From: Actinomycetota bacterium
GTDB lineage: Bacteria; Actinomycetota; Acidimicrobiia; Actinomarinales; Actinomarinaceae
Direction of reading: 5' to 3'
Assembly (NCBI GenBank): GCA_014239265.1
Contig: JAAZZH010000005.1
Coordinates: 1,030 to 65,029 of the forward strand
DNA length: 64,000 nucleotides
A program made the position numbers and the translations under genes. Under the pieces are notes generated by a model. It did no database searches. It was not told where the DNA came from and worked only from the letters and a program-made list of their open reading frames with translations. The first letter of the stretch is position 1; each line of letters opens with the position of its first letter. Below are positions 62,506 to 64,000 of the stretch, piece after piece.

Positions 62506-64000
<1,495 letters not shown>

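Overview
AT-rich, very gene-dense chromosomal segment with tiny intergenic gaps. WhiB, the sdhCDAB type, the rplM-rpsI-glmM-glmS-alr-tsaEB-rimI-tsaD-groES synteny and a Nur-like regulator point to a streamlined low-GC actinobacterium (Acidimicrobiia / Ca. Actinomarina-like; inference). Content: htrA/ahpE/whiB, a TCA cluster (sdhCDAB, mdh, icd, sucCD), pcrA, trpS, a small accessory block (15-24 kb), a complete shikimate + Phe/Tyr operon, groESL, tsaDBE/alr/glmS/glmM, and the str-S10-spc-alpha ribosomal superoperon ending in the 3' part of rpoC. No mobile elements, CRISPR, rRNA or tRNA were seen. The best signals are missed by the ORF track. (1) A membrane-anchored thioredoxin-fold ORF with an in-frame TGA in a U-L-G-C motif followed by a SECIS-like hairpin (candidate selenoprotein). 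It is divergent from a Nur-like gene, a Nur box and nikQO. (2) A leaderless Phe/Tyr-rich leader peptide (MKLNNTFFYFSEHI) with a full attenuator ahead of the nine-gene aro operon. (3) A glmS ribozyme enclosed by an extra 9-bp long-range helix. (4) Zinc-free L36/S14/S4 as the resident operon copies. rpoC carries a +1 homopolymer frameshift that is probably an assembly error.
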